A stretch of DNA of 63,421 nucleotides, filler included, from Streblomastix strix (taxonomy: Eukaryota): assembly GCA_008636045.1 (NCBI GenBank). It is 4 parts of 4 records of this genome, joined end to end, with 100 filler letters (N's around TTAATTAATTAA, not from the genome) between each part and the next. Parts side by side here need not be neighbours in the genome. Positions count along the whole stretch, not along the records: positions 31,770 to 47,550 come from SNRW01000937.1; positions 47,651 to 63,421 come from SNRW01000938.1; 2 more parts are not named here. One strand, written 5' to 3'. Of this stretch, positions 42,960 through 56,560 are shown piece by piece; within the stretch, counting starts at the first letter, position 1, and every line of letters starts with the position of its first letter. A program made the position numbers and the translations under genes. Under the pieces are notes generated by a model. It made no database searches. It saw only the letters and a program-made list of their open reading frames with translations, and was not told where the DNA came from.

Positions 42960-44460
42960 ATTGGTTAAAAACAACAACATACTCTTCATTTGGTTGGCGT
43001 CCTATACTAAGTCCTGCTTAACTTAGTCTAAACTTTACAAAAGCGATTGGAGAACGTATCTATACTTGCGTTATATATTCATTAGGGCAAAATATTCAAA
43101 TCAACTTCAAAGATTAGGTCATCTTTGTATTTCGTTTAAGATATTATTATTTTCATATTATTGTTATTGAATGATTTTTATCAGTTCCTACTTCTTTGCT
43201 GATAAATTTCCGCCATTTCCGTTAGTATTTAAATTTATAGTAATTTCTTATATATTTTTTTAAATATCCTTCTCTTTTCTTTCCTTAAACTCAAACCTTG
43301 TTGAGAATGAAGTGGTCAATTAAATCATGAATGAGTCTAACCAATTCTTTAAAATCTAGATTAAATATTCTGATATTATATGTCATTGATTAATAGTTTT
43401 TGTAAATTCATTTATAATCATATCTTGTTTATTCTAGTATTCCCAAAAGTCTGAAGGTGTATATGCATTTTTAATCCAATTCCTTTGCAAATAATCTTTC
43501 ATTATTCTTATTGTCCTTCTTGATGACATAGTTGCTCTTAACGCCAATTGAAATATTCTTGTAATATTTTATCCCAGCATATGTCCAAACACGTCAATAT
43601 CCCTGGGGAAATAATTTCAATTTCTATTCCTCAACTTCAATCTCATCTCCAACACCTTCTCGCTCTCCCCCAGCTCGTTCTATCTCAGTATTATTTCTTT
43701 TATCCTTGTCTACTAAACTCGTCCTAGCTAACACCGTACTATAGTTAATCCATTAGTTTACTCCTAAATTATCGTTCTAATTAACCTACTTTTCGTTTGA
43801 ACGGATAGATATACTAATGAAAAGTCTTCCAACCAAATGATTTTGAAAGAATTTCTTACATCTACCTTTATATTTTATGTAAGCGTATAATATATTTTAT
43901 GCTTTGTGTTTTTCTAAATTATGAAAAATCTACCTTAATCTTGACAAATTAGTTGTTTATACATCATTTAAAATCTCTTTATTTAACAAATTTCTCTTGC
44001 TTTCAAGAACAACAATAATTCACTCACTTCTTTATATGATTTTACAGGAATTTGTAATATTATTAATTTCCATACAATTTCCACTTCTAACTAAAAAGTT
44101 GAATCTATCATTTTCTTAAAATTGATGTTAAGTTTTAATATATGTTATTGGAGAAAATTATTATCATAATTCTTTTGGTTCATTTATTCCTTAAGCATTT
44201 GAACTGCTCTATATATCGCAGCTACCTCGAGCAATTAAAAATTCCTCATTTTTTATTCCCTATAACCATTTATTCTTTAAAATAACACAATATTATTAAT
44301 TATACTCGCTCCATATTGCGAGATTAATTTATCAGTTTATATTATCATCAATTCCTATTTCTTTTCTATTATCTTTAGCTGGTTGTTCTCCAATTTATTC
44401 AACATTTTCTTGAACATATTGTCTAGTTTCCATAACCACGTCGTACCTCGTGATTATCTT
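42960..44460 (-). pseudogene. Degenerate DIRS-like remnant (RNase H through YR N-terminal region)
   Basis: Fragments resembling RNase H (QYGAS) and a YR-associated TPSDFWE segment, with many stops and frameshifts. The 44370-44400 region resembles 45615-45650. Confidence 0.4.
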
Positions 44461-44551
44461 AGCATCCACATACCTAGAGCTCACCTTTTATTGAGACTGT
44501 CGACCATGTACTAATAGCGCCCAGTCAACTTAAAGTACAACTAGGTCGCGA

Positions 44552-45346
44552 ATGGCCACTCAAACGGACAAGGACACAATCCTTGCGTCACAATCGAGTT
44601 CAACTCAAGGGTCTGATAAGGAATCAGAGACTCCGCACACCTTTTGCAAGCGTCCTGCAACAAAATTAGATATTTTTGAACGTTTGAGCGGCATATCTGA
44701 TGATGACAATGCATCAGAGCATGAAATGGTCGATAACGAAGATGATTTTATGAATTCCATTGAAATACTTGTCTAATTCGATCCAGTTATCGGGAGAATC
44801 TTTATTCTCGAGTAAAACGAGCCTGTCGCCGAAGTGAAAGCTCAGAGGTTCTACTCCAAGTCTGGAAGGAGATTGCTTGGTACTCAGTTCCAGTTGACAA
44901 CACTTGATGAAGAAAGAGCCTGGCTAGCGTCGATAAATTCCGACGTTGAAAAGATGCGCATGTAACTCATCCAGAGCAGCTCGAGTGATCCTCCCATTTT
45001 CAGATCAGAAGGTATTAACGAAGAGACACTTATTTTACCTAAAATGACTCTTCGCAAAAGGTTAGAGCTGACGAAAATGAATTAATTTAGCAAAACTCTG
45101 AAATTTCTTCGAATTTTACACAAACTATAGCTGAATAACGCACACCAGTTATCATAAGATCAATTGCAGATGAATTCGAAGAGTAAAGAAATAAATACGC
45201 CAAATTTCAATCAAAAGAAGAAGAAATCGCTACAACAAAAATACACTGACTTCTTTATATGTTCTACAGGTATTTGCCATGTCAGTAATTTCAATATGAT
45301 TTTATCTTCTAATTAAAAAATCGAATCTATAGCATTCCTCAAATGA
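44552..45346 (+). CDS. Hypothetical, possibly retroelement ORF1/gag-like fragment inserted between two DIRS remnants
   Basis: MATQTDKDTILASQSS... continues through TAA/TAG codons; GC-richer than its flanks; the 3' part runs into the opposite-strand RNase H remnant. Confidence 0.35.
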
Positions 45347-46500
45347 TTTTAAGATTTTGCATATGATATTGGAAAAAATTTCTACATTATTTTGCGTTTC
45401 TTTCAATATATCGTTAAATATCTTTTGGTTATTATATTCGATAAGAACATCTATTAATCTTTATATAGCAAGTACCTCTCGCAAGTTCGAATTTTTTATA
45501 TTTGCTTTCCAGTATCCGTATATTTTTTCAAATCACACATTTTTATAAATTACACTCGCTCCTCATCCTGGGATTGATTCATTTATATAAATTATTATCT
45601 ATTTCTATTTCTTTTTTTATCTTGAGCTGGTTGTTCTTCAAATAATTGATACAACAATACAAGTTTTTCAAGCTTTTCCTCATTACAATCATCTCATTTA
45701 TCCAACGTATTACTTATGCAGTTCTCCATATTAACTTATTTATTTGTTAAATATGCAGTCCTCATCGATTGAATTAAGAGTAGATAATCTTGTTTTGCTA
45801 ATCAAACCTGCTACCTCTTTTATTTTCTGTGATTTTCGTTCCATTAATAATTTTATATTTCTCTATATTAAACCTTATAATTCAATAATTTTTCAAATAT
45901 TAAATAAATCATAATAGTTTTCGAATTTCAAATCCGAGTAAAAAATATAAATTTCTGTCTAGGGTCCAACCTGCACTTATTCTCGTTTACTACCTATCTA
46001 AACTTACGAAATTCCAATTAAAATCACTATATTTCTTCGCTCGATTATTGGAGGTTCTAAATCAGAAACAGAATATCGCCCGCATAGTTTACAATTCGCA
46101 TTAAAATCCTATTTCTAACTTTATCTAATATTTTTTATTGGTTTTGCAAGTGTCTTTAATGCTATTGAAGTCCCAAAAGAAATTCCTACTTATATATAAT
46201 GTATTCCTCTTTATGCTAATGTTAGGCATTTGTCCAGCTCCCCTGTCACAGTGACATGGTTAAACGCTGACTTTTTGTCCAATGGATATGCCCAAACTTC
46301 TCCAAATCATACTTAAAATACTTTGTTTTCGTTATTCGACGAGAAATGTTGTGCTTTCAGTTAAGTGTTCAGCGGTCAACAATTTATTATTCTCCTCAAT
46401 ATTCTTCTTAAATTCTTTTTTATTAATGTCAATTTATGTAATTGAACTTTTTGTTAAATAATCACTTTAATTTTTCTTTGGCTCGATTCTTCAATTATCA
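45250..46500 (-). pseudogene. Degenerate reverse transcriptase-RNase H (DIRS-like)
   Basis: PLNTQLKAQHF; LDKKSAFNHVTV; GISFGTS; VNYAGDILF (YADD changed to YAGD at 46075-46086); RNase H-like G*GAS and SNLREVLAI. In-frame TGAs present. Confidence 0.7.
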
Positions 46501-46656
46501 ACTAATTAAGTTAACCCGATTATTTCTAGTTACAATAGAAACAGATTAATTTTCTTTATTTTAATTATATTGCTTTACATTCTTGATTTTTTCCCTTGCA
46601 GAACGTCATATTTAAATTTTTTTCAATTACACTTTTTCTTAGACATCGTTTAAATG

Positions 46657-47550
46657 TAGGCTGGAAAAAAAATTTTTTTCCCCGAACCAAATGGCTGGCT
46701 CTATGACTGACATTGTGGCTGGATCAAAAAATAATAATTTAAATTTAACAAAAAAAATTTTTTTTGATCTCTATGAAATTTTTGTAAAAAAAATTGAAAA
46801 TTTTTAAATGAAAATAAGCATTTTTGGGTAAAAAATCATATTTATTAATCAATTTTTATACAATAGTATATCTGTAGAATTTACTACTCAAATTAACTAC
46901 TGACTCCAAATATTTTTCAAATTTTTGCAAGCATCAATATATATTTTAATATTTCATAAATTAATTAGTAATAATTTAAATATTATATATTAATAATTAC
47001 GCAATATTTATATTTTTGTACTACAGATACTTATAGACACTAGGCTGCTTTTTTTGCATAACAAATCTGGAAAATTGATAAGACAATCCGTTTAAATTTT
47101 GCTATTTTAAGTTACATTTAAATTAATTTTATGGCATGCATATAATTATGCTATTTATAAATTAAAATTTTAATTAGTTATATTTTTATAAATTTTTTTG
47201 TTCATTTTTTTCTTTAATTTTCATTTTCTTTCACAACACATTGTTTTATCATAGTTTTTTACATAATTTAATGTTACTATTATATTTAAAATATGTTTAT
47301 TATATAATATAAGCTACATTTCAATTTTATTTCTGTTTTATTTGAATTTTTTAATTTTTTAAATCAAAATATAACAATAAAACTAATTTAACTATTGAAC
47401 TTAATACAAATTGTATTTAATTTTTGTTTTATTTTAGTACTAAATTCTACAGATATACTATTGTATAAAAATTGATTAATAAATATGATTTTTTACCAAA
47501 AAATGCTTATTTTCATTTAAAAATTTTTTATTTTTTTTATTAAAATTTCA
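46657..47550. mobile_element. Non-autonomous fold-back/MITE-like element with ~115-bp inverted arms (46774-46888 / 47436-47550); right end cut by the contig end
   Basis: Arms are near-perfect reverse complements around an AT-rich non-coding interior. TAGGCTGG at 46657 may be the true left terminus. Confidence 0.6.
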
Positions 47551-47650
47551 NNNNNNNNNNNNNNNNNNNNNNNNNNNNNNNNNNNNNNNNNNNNTTAATT
47601 AATTAANNNNNNNNNNNNNNNNNNNNNNNNNNNNNNNNNNNNNNNNNNNN
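47551..47650. other. Artificial contig linker
   Basis: N run with TTAATTAATTAA. Confidence 0.99.
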
Positions 47651-48256
47651 CTATGTATTTTTCAAAATAAAATATTTTGAAATGACTCTATATTGATAAA
47701 TGCAATTGTATAATAGATTGACCTAAAATTTCCAAAACATCCGATTATATCCTTATTTGATAAATTTTGCCCATTTCAAATCCCAAAAGATGCGAAAAGA
47801 AGAATTACGTATGAAAATGAATAAATCTTCAAAATTTCTAAACTATTTATACCGAAATTTTCTGATTAGTAAATCAATTAAGATATTATTTAATAATGGA
47901 AAGAGGTAAAATCTAAGTTCGTAAATATGGTGCAGCAAATCAATGCTTCAGACATCTGCAAAGAGATTATTTGCTGGGATAAATTTGAACAATATTATGA
48001 TATTAGAAACCTTGCCAAGATTGCTTTAAAAATATCACTTTCAACTGTAAAAGTCGAAAGAATATTTAGTATGTTATAAAGAATAAAGATAAACAGTCGA
48101 AATGGACTGTTGCAAACAACTTTAAATTAAGTAATATAAATAAGACACAATTCAAATCCTTCACTTTATGATGAAGAAATATAATAAATTGTTAATACTT
48201 GGCTATTAGCACCTCGCCGTTTCCCAACATAAACTCCATCATAATCTATAAATTGA
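47651..48256 (+). pseudogene. hAT-superfamily transposase C-terminal (dimerisation) fragment
   Basis: Reads NLAKIALKISLSTVKVERIFSMLQRIKINSRNGLLQTTLNQVIQIR. In-frame TGA near 47678. Confidence 0.75.
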
Positions 48257-48350
48257 AGTAAAAATCAATGACTAAGAAAATAAATTAATTTATTAATTAA
48301 TTTCAAAGCAATCAAATTTTAATAATTAATTTTTAGCATCTACCTCTTAT

Positions 48351-48600
48351 CATTCTACTCGAATTAATAATTAACTCAATATTAATAATATTCATCGTAT
48401 ACTCAAGTACTGAATCTGTATCAACCAGTTCATCATCACATATGTTTGCATCAATTTCATCTCATTCTACACGAATTAATATTTATCTTTAAAATTTATA
48501 ATATTCGTTTTATACTCAAGTACTGAATCTGTATCTTACAGTTCATCATCACATATATTTGCATCAATTTCTTCCCATTCTACTCGAATTAATATTTCAC
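48351..48600. repeat. ~112-bp tandem direct repeat (2.2 copies)
   Basis: CATTCTAC(T/A)CGAATTAATA at 48351, 48463 and 48576; TATACTCAAGTACTGAATCTGTATC occurs twice. Confidence 0.85.
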
Positions 48601-49064
48601 TCATGAATTATAATTGCAATATTAAACTCATATATTGAATTTACTAAATAAAACAATTTTTTCAATTTTACTTTCTTATATTTAAATTATTAATACTTAT
48701 ATCACTATTTATTCTTTAATAATAAATTGAATATTTAAAATAGTATATTTTTAATATATATTTTCATGCCTGTAAAATAAGTTCATTACCGTTAATGAAA
48801 ATTTCTTAGCAAAAATGTTTTAATGTAGATATGATTTATTAACAAAATTATTCTATTATTTTCATTGATTTATCAATTTATATTTTATTATTAGTAAACA
48901 TTCTTCCATGTTTGCACATTCCATCAGAATCACTACTTAATCTTTAGTCTGATACGATTCAAAATAATTCAGCACAAATGGATTCAGCACATTTCTGTAT
49001 AATGTTAATTAATATAAATTTATAGTTCATTAGTTTAATTTATAATAAAATAAATGATAAACTT

Positions 49065-49245
49065 TGAAAGTCGAATTTCAGACTACCATTCTTTAAATTC
49101 AAAGTTTTCTTCGTTAATATCCTTTACAGCAATCACTCCATTCTTCACTTTATGTACTTAGAATACAATATCACATTAATATAAATATTTGCTTATACTA
49201 AAACAAAATATGCAATACCTTATCATCAAAAACCATCTTAACCTG
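49065..49245 (-). pseudogene. Protein kinase N-lobe exon remnant
   Basis: VHKVKNGVIAVKDINEENFEFKEW resembles the exon VYHVETGLIAAKVMRKQVFDQKEW of the kinase at 33361. Confidence 0.4.
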
Positions 49246-50855
49246 ATTTAGATATAAATAATATAAGAAAAATCGAATTAATAATAATAATTGAGAATAT
49301 TATAATTAAATATATAATATTCTTATAAATTATTACATTAATTCTTAAATTAACCAACCAAACAAGCCCTGAACATACAATCTGTATTCACCCAATAATT
49401 ACTTATCAAATTCAAATATAATGATGAATAATAGTCCATGAAAAATATGTTTAAATAATAAAATTATAAAAAAATAAATATATACAATTTAAACTAAATT
49501 GAATTGAGATGCAAAAAATGGGAAATTTTTGAAAAATATTGATATTAAATTTGGAAGTAAATAGAGGTTAAACAATTTTATTTATGGTTTGTACAATGAT
49601 ACTTTCAAATTATTAATAAATTAAAATTTATTGGTGTCATATTGTTTTTTAAAACAGGTAATAATCAATGCTAAAATTTTTGTAAAATTTTTGATTTTCA
49701 TTTAAATGGTTAAACTAGTAATAATTTATGTTAAAAAATATGTAACATATTTAAAGTTTTTGCCCAAAAGATTCAAATTGTATGATTTTTTAAATTTCCA
49801 TATTGGAATGTTTGAACATATAAATATTTAAGAACCCAATCATTTTTGTGTTATAAGTAAAATGTTGTTCTATTGTATATGATGTACCGGGTGAAATAAT
49901 AACCTTGTGATGAAAATTTGAAATTATTGAGAAATTGAACATTTTTTATTAATTTTTATTTGAAATAATTAAAATAAAAAAATTGAAAATTAATTATATA
50001 TTACATGTAGGTAACTTAGAGTATCAAACAAAACTGATAAATTTTGATAAGAAATAATATTTGATTGATGGGATTTGTTGATTAATTCCATAATCAAGTA
50101 TTTCAATATGTTAATCTTTGGAAATTTAAATATTCCAATAAGATCTAAATTTTATTCTGTAATGTCATATGCAGGTTGAGTGATATATTTTCTTTTATTT
50201 CTTAATTATCTTCTGAAATATATTTTTCTTCATTATTATATTTATATCTTTTATAAATAAATAATTTTCTGTATTGAAAATTGAAATTAAAAGCTTGAAA
50301 TTATTCATGAAAGAATCATTATATTTATGATAAGTTAATCTAATATTCATTATTTCAAAAATTAATGCAGTAAAATATGTAGTTCCGCATAAATGAAATA
50401 AGCAATAATGCATTTATTTTGTAGGTGAAAATTATATATAATAGTTAATTTAATCAATTTATTTTGACAATCAAAATAAATTGAATGAATATAAAATTAG
50501 ACCATTTGCACAAAAATCAATTTTATTAGCAAATATTAATCATTATATATTCGGATCTGTTTGTAGTGAAAAGTCGATGTTATTGGTAAAATTTATTGGT
50601 TTTTATAAATGTACACTAATAATTATTAAATCATATATTTTACTAATTGCAGTAGAGATGAATCTATAACAATAAATTACAAAATAAGCAATAATGCTGG
50701 AAAATATCATTTATTCAGGAGATATATCATTTCCATATTATGCTTTTTTTAATAATTATTTCAAAATTTATTTAAAAAAATATTAAAATTAATGTAATTT
50801 TCTGAAGCAAAATCAGAAAAGTCATATCGATATTTTAATATTTTAAGATCATTAT

Positions 50856-51990
50856 TATGAGTCGATACAAAATCAGATCCTGAAATTGAGTTGAGAATCA
50901 CCCTATGCTAGTGTAACAAGCGTCCTAAAATGGAAAAAATTAAAGAAGTAGTAAAGCTTGCATAAAAAAACAGCGGATAGGGAGCTTTATTAAAACTGAT
51001 ACAGCTCGTCAAGGGGCAATGACGGTAATTTATAGCATAATTTTTATTGTTTCTAATACAAATGTCATCAATAGTTTTATAAATTTCTATTCAGACTCCG
51101 ATTCCGACTTCGTACAGTGGAAAACATCAATTCCCAGCGGATCAAACTCATTGTAAATAAATTATCTTAACAATATTCTATTAAATCTTACATATTTCCT
51201 GAATTAAGACTATCTGGAAATATTTCATGAAATGAAGTCTACAGCAAATAAAAAATTCTACGAATAATCAATGAATGTAAATGAAACATATAATTTAACC
51301 GAAATTTCAGAAATTCTCATAATAAAAATAAACTTCAACAAGAAAATTAACAAAACATATACGAATGAACAGAACTATCAGGACTATCAATACGACTACT
51401 CAACAATGTGCATCCCATAAACCCAGCAAAACGAGTTCGTTGGCACTTACGAATAGTATTTCCGAACAATAAACAACAGGAATCGTGGATCAATCTGTTT
51501 TAACAATGCTGTTAACGAGCATACACAGAAGTTATCTGACGGAACTTATACATTGAACATAAATGATGGATAAGATATCGTGTCATCCGCTATAAATTAC
51601 ATCAAATTACGCCTGGATTCTTTTCTTTATAAGTATTTTGTGTAATCCAATGGATTTTTCAATAGATTAATTGGTGTAATACGTTTGTTTTGTCAAATAA
51701 CTAATAATTTCATAACTAAGATAGAACCTTTTATGAGGACCGATTCAGCGCATTCAGTAAAAATAATATATCTACATAAAAAGCAGTATAATATCAATGA
51801 TGATAATATAATATAAGAAATAATTTCATTACCAATTAATGTTTAAAAAATTTCTATGTAATCTGTAATTAACAGTATCAATATATTCAACGTACATATA
51901 ATTTCTTCATTCCCAGGTTAGAATTCCAATGATTGGGACTAAACTTACGCTGCTGTTAACCGATTGCGATATTATTGATAATTTATTCCC
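50856..51990 (+). pseudogene. Degenerate repeat-family ORF (possibly retroelement gag-like) abutting the viral block
   Basis: Coding-like fragments (YQYDYSTMCIPQ..., FPGQNSNDWDQTYAAVNRLRYY) with frameshifts, in opposite orientation to the viral genes. Confidence 0.3.
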
Positions 51991-52570
51991 GATGTTTTGA
52001 TATAATTCTTCTCGATGAATTGAAAAAGTGAATAATTGTTTTGGTAACCGAAGATAATCATAGTTTCCTAATCTATTCATATAATTAACTGGTACATTGG
52101 ATTTATATGATGGGTTATCCGAAAATGCTGCAAATTTTCCTGTTAATAACTCGTCATCAGTGAAATTCATTGATCTTGAAACTTAGAATTACAAAACTGA
52201 GTATGATAATAAATGTTCGCTTGCCGAAACTCCTATTTTGTGTCTGGTATTAGGGAATTTCCAGTAATGTCCTCAGATGTTTATTATTTCTGTCTCTAAT
52301 TTTATGTAAGGAATCACCCTATAGGGTGTTTGTGGATAAGGATTTTCTAACGTATGTTTCAAGCAAAATCTTATTGTAGCACCTGTCTTATGAGGATAGA
52401 ATATGTTATCATAGCTGTGCGTAATAGGGTAGAGTAAGTCGGTAATATTCACTTTATTTGATAATTATGAAAGAAAAATACGAACGTTTTTTATGGATAT
52501 GTACAATAATTTACTTTTGGAGATACAAACTCAATGAATTTTGCTAAATATAAGCAAAATCGGATCATTA
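51990..52570 (-). pseudogene. Putative second major-capsid-like paralogue (internal fragment)
   Basis: NDPILLIFSK...MNFTDDELLTGKFAAFSDNPSYKSNVPVNYM..YDYLRLPKQLFTFSIH. The layout parallels the ...YYLNKFMLE region of the adjacent gene. Capsid identity is inferred from context and recollection of the family. Confidence 0.4.
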
Positions 52571-54563
52571 TTAATTATTAAATCTGTGGATCAGGTACAT
52601 CATCAAAGGTAAATCTAATGATAGCATCACATAGATAGTGCATATGACGAGTTATCTAAGCAAATGTTGGAGTAGGATATGCTCTTGTTGCTATAAATGA
52701 AATATGACTGTTTTGATTCTCATCTGCAGATATCATTGAATTATCTACGATATCTGGAGCTAGACTTCCTTACAATGTTACCTGAATATTAGTTCTATCA
52801 CTCATTATAGATGAATTATATCCACGAATGAATGAATCATCATTCGTCATCTTTCATTCTAGCATGAATTTATTAAGATAATATTTTTTTTTGTTTTACT
52901 CCCTCGATACAACGTTGTTCTATAGAATATACTCTCTCTATCTGCAAATCCGGTTCCCATTTTTTCATAATAATCTCCTGATGATGATTCATTAATAGAA
53001 TAATTTAGGAAATTCAATGAATGATATAAATCTGATGGTGCAGAAACTAAGTCTTACTCAACAAAGTATTCGAAAATCTATGAAGTGACTGGTTGATTCA
53101 AAGATACATAATTTTATTTAACATGATGTTGTTGATCAACAACTAAATTCAATTTCAAAAATTATATTGGAAACATCCAAGTAGGGTTCTGATTCATTGC
53201 AAATGTTATAATCATTCCATTTATTTTAGAATATGACATAATACTTTGCATTTAACCTCCAGTTGAAGTAAATCCACTGAATGGGAAATTATTTGGTTAA
53301 TTTCTTAATTTTTGTATGAGAAAATTCCATATATTTTGCATTTTTATCATATCAATGATCTCTTCTTCATTCTCCATATTGAAATATTCATTATGGATCT
53401 CTAATTTATCAAAAATAGCATCTTTTATCTAAGATATTGAAATTGTCGGTATCTTTTCACCAGGACCTTTATTTTTCATATTAACAATTCTTACAGAATA
53501 TGCTTAATATTTTGGATCAGCATTATGCAGTCAATATTTTAAATCAGGTTTCTCAGGTAAAATCATTTGATACGCTAAATAATTATTTAACATCGTATTT
53601 TATTTAATTAGCCAAACTACCTTCAAATCTTAAAGGAAATCTTATGTCCATAACTATAAAAATAACGAAGTGTAATTATGTGTAAATGCTGGAAATGAGT
53701 TGAAAATATCATATAATTGATTTAATTTAAGAACTCCAGCAATTGTTATAGGATATGGTATCATATAGTTAAATAATCCATTCATATCTCAAAAATCTTT
53801 TACAAGAATATCTAAGAAAATTACACAATGTCACTATTCTCCAACTACTGATTCTAATGGTAAAACACTCACAGAATTACGTATAAATAAATCACTTAAT
53901 GAATTTGAAGCGATTGCAGCTAATTTTCTTGCATAAATTGATGTTTCCCATAATTGTGTATTATCATTACAGATAGCAAATTATTGCAATGGTCCACATG
54001 CTGTTGATTAACTTATACATTGTTTAATATGCTCATTTTCATTATATGGCTATGCTGTTTCATTAACACCAACTTCTATAGAACGAGTATAATGACCTAA
54101 TGAACCAGTTTTTACATTGAAATTTACTCTTCTCCTTGCATTTGTTTATGTATCTGGATCATCTGTTTACCCTAAAATAATTTATAAAGCTAATCTTTTT
54201 TAAGTATCATAATTTACCAGTTCACTTAACAAGATTACACAATTGATCTGGTGGCTGTTCCTCGTGCACCTAATGGAGCTCCTGTATATCTTAATCCATC
54301 ACTCATTGTTTGGATTCTTGGCTAATGAAAGACTTCTTATCTGCTTAATGTAAAACTCTATGGATGAATCGTCGCTGATCGTAATACCTCTTCCATTGCT
54401 GAATAAGTAGATATATAATCCGAATGTTAAACTTTTGCTAATTTCTGTAAGTTATCACTTGCTGAGAAGACTATGTTTCGTTATCGTGTAAAAAGATTAC
54501 GCCTGAATTTTAATGGGTGCAATTATGGGAACTAAAGGCAACATTATATGGAAAGTTGTTCAT
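52570..54563 (-). pseudogene. Putative major capsid protein (double jelly-roll-like), disrupted
   Basis: About 650 codons of beta-rich sequence (STACGPLQQFAIC...IAGVLKLNQL...DLVSAPSDLYHSL...MHYLCDAIIRFTFDDVPDPQIL) with a few TGA stops and frameshifts. Size and context fit an MCP. Confidence 0.5.
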
Positions 54564-54999
54564 TATTTAAATAAACGATGATGGTTATGTATTTGCACCA
54601 ACTGCTTTAACACAAGCACTAGCAAAGAAAATAAATTTATTCACATCTCCCCAAAATGATATATTATATATGAACTTAACGTAATTCAGTACGGAAGTAT
54701 TTTTTATCAACAATTCAGCGTTTGCTGTTGACAAAACACATAGTACATAACCTTGAGTACTAGCGTTAATGTGCAGTATTTTCATTTAATTATATGACGT
54801 AGAATAAGTATTTCCAGTCTTTCGGTTTAAATTGATTACTAAACTATCATTAATTGATTTACATTCTTCATATCCAATTATATCGATTTTAATTATCAAA
54901 GCGTAATATCCATCGGTTGGATAACTAAATTTAATTGTAGGATTATAAATATATATATTTCCTGAAACAACATGATAATATTTAAATTGGTTATTTATT

Positions 55000-55950
55000 G
55001 GATAAACAGTTAATGATAATGTATTTCCATCAGCAGATATTCGTAATCCTCTACTTGTGTTTGCATAATCGGGTGGTTAACAAATTGAAAATAATTCTGA
55101 TGTAGGTACTACATTAAACATGATACAAGCAATCCATTAACATACAATTCTATAAATTTGGTTAAAATTAATTATATTTTGGCACTAATTAATTTATGAC
55201 AAAACGCTCGCAAAACTATTGACATTTCTCGTAGTTCCATCGCCACATAATATCTCATCTGCAATTTGAATCAGATTTTATGAAGTTTGCTGCTGTTAAA
55301 TTTCCGTCATAAGTTAATTATTGTTGATATATGTGTTGTTTCTTGCGTACGGAATTACACATCCATTATTTCAAGCTGTTGTATTAACTTTTGGAACGAC
55401 TGACGCGTTTGTTTCTACTTTTAATTCATGCGGATGATCTTCCTTTCCATACTTGGTTGAAGCACTGTTAGACTTTGCACTTGATGTTTCTTAGGGTTTT
55501 ACTGATGGATCCGTTTAAATATTCAATTGATGTTAGTGATTTCCTCGAAAATAATCATTAGAAATTCCAGAAACACCGATGTCAGAATCAATTATTCGAT
55601 TTGTGTCAGATGCTGGAGTAACTTAATCAGGAACTAATTATCCACTGTCATATCAGTTACTTTCATACATCCGCACTGTCCCAATTTCAGCGGAGAACGT
55701 AGAATCTTAATTAGCAAAATTTATCAATGCTCATATATCAGCATTCAGTAAATAATACACTCCATAATGAGTTTATCATGCCAATTCAGCGTTAATTATA
55801 TTAATTTATTACTAAACATTGCTCACATCTTACATAAATATTCCCATTGTTTATTAAATTTCATTAACCTCTTATTTCAAAGTGAATAATTTTCCCAAGA
55901 AATCATTATTAAATAATTCTATATTTTTCAATGTCATTACACGGTTAATG
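55000..55950 (-). pseudogene. Fibre/tail-fibre-like repeat protein
   Basis: Repeats GISNDYFRGNHQHQL, SASTKYGKEDHPHEL, NGCVIPYARNN; also EILCGDGTT and RGLRISADGNTLS. Confidence 0.5.
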
Positions 55951-56199
55951 TTTATTATCATTGCAAAATTCTAGATATTATCTATTGGTGCATAAATTCA
56001 ATTTTTTTTATTCATCTATATAGTTAATTAATACGTTCTTCCTGATAATTTACTGTTTGAATTCGATTATTACTTCTGATATTGTTTAAGATATTAGAAA
56101 TCTGATTAAATAAGTGAATGAATTACCTATATCATTCGTAAATTTAACGTTTGTGCCAATGTCATTTCCCTGACACCCAAAACTAAATAATTTCCTAAT

Positions 56200-56560
56200 T
56201 TAAAAGTGATTTTTCTTCAGTAATTCGAATTTGCCTATACATTTGTTAAGCACAATGAATTCATATTTGTTCAAGAAACAATACAGTTGCATAACTTCAA
56301 CAAAATCTAGATTCAAAAGGGAATTCTCTTCGTAAGAACCAGAGACGGTTTCATCGGTTGCGTGTTTGATTCCAAGATTTACACTAACAAGATTCCCATA
56401 AACACGATCATCACCCCATCCATATGTATTACCAATCAATTATTCTATATACAATAGCTAGGAATATTCTATTGGTGGTTCAGGTGGTGGTGGATATAAT
56501 TAATATTGGTTAAACATTAATTTTTCACATTCAAAGTCAATAATTAATCCGTAAAAATTT
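56200..56560 (-). pseudogene. Element-associated hypothetical ORF fragment
   Basis: YGLIIDFECEKLMFN..PPPPEPP..IGNTYGWGDDRVYGN, within the viral block. Confidence 0.35.

Noticed and set aside
46245..46260. GTGACATGG matching the motif near the DIRS end at 30.4-30.6 kb
   Set aside because: It falls within RT coding sequence (NHVTV), so it is probably coincidental.
15788..47650. TTAATTAATTAA motifs flanked by Ns, and any gene neighbourhood spanning them
   Set aside because: These are synthetic linkers between size-sorted contigs. Adjacency across them (e.g. the fold-back element next to the hAT fragment) has no biological meaning.
48351..48600. Possible CRISPR-like array
   Set aside because: The whole unit is duplicated, there are no unique spacers, only ~2 copies exist, and the context is eukaryotic with no cas genes.
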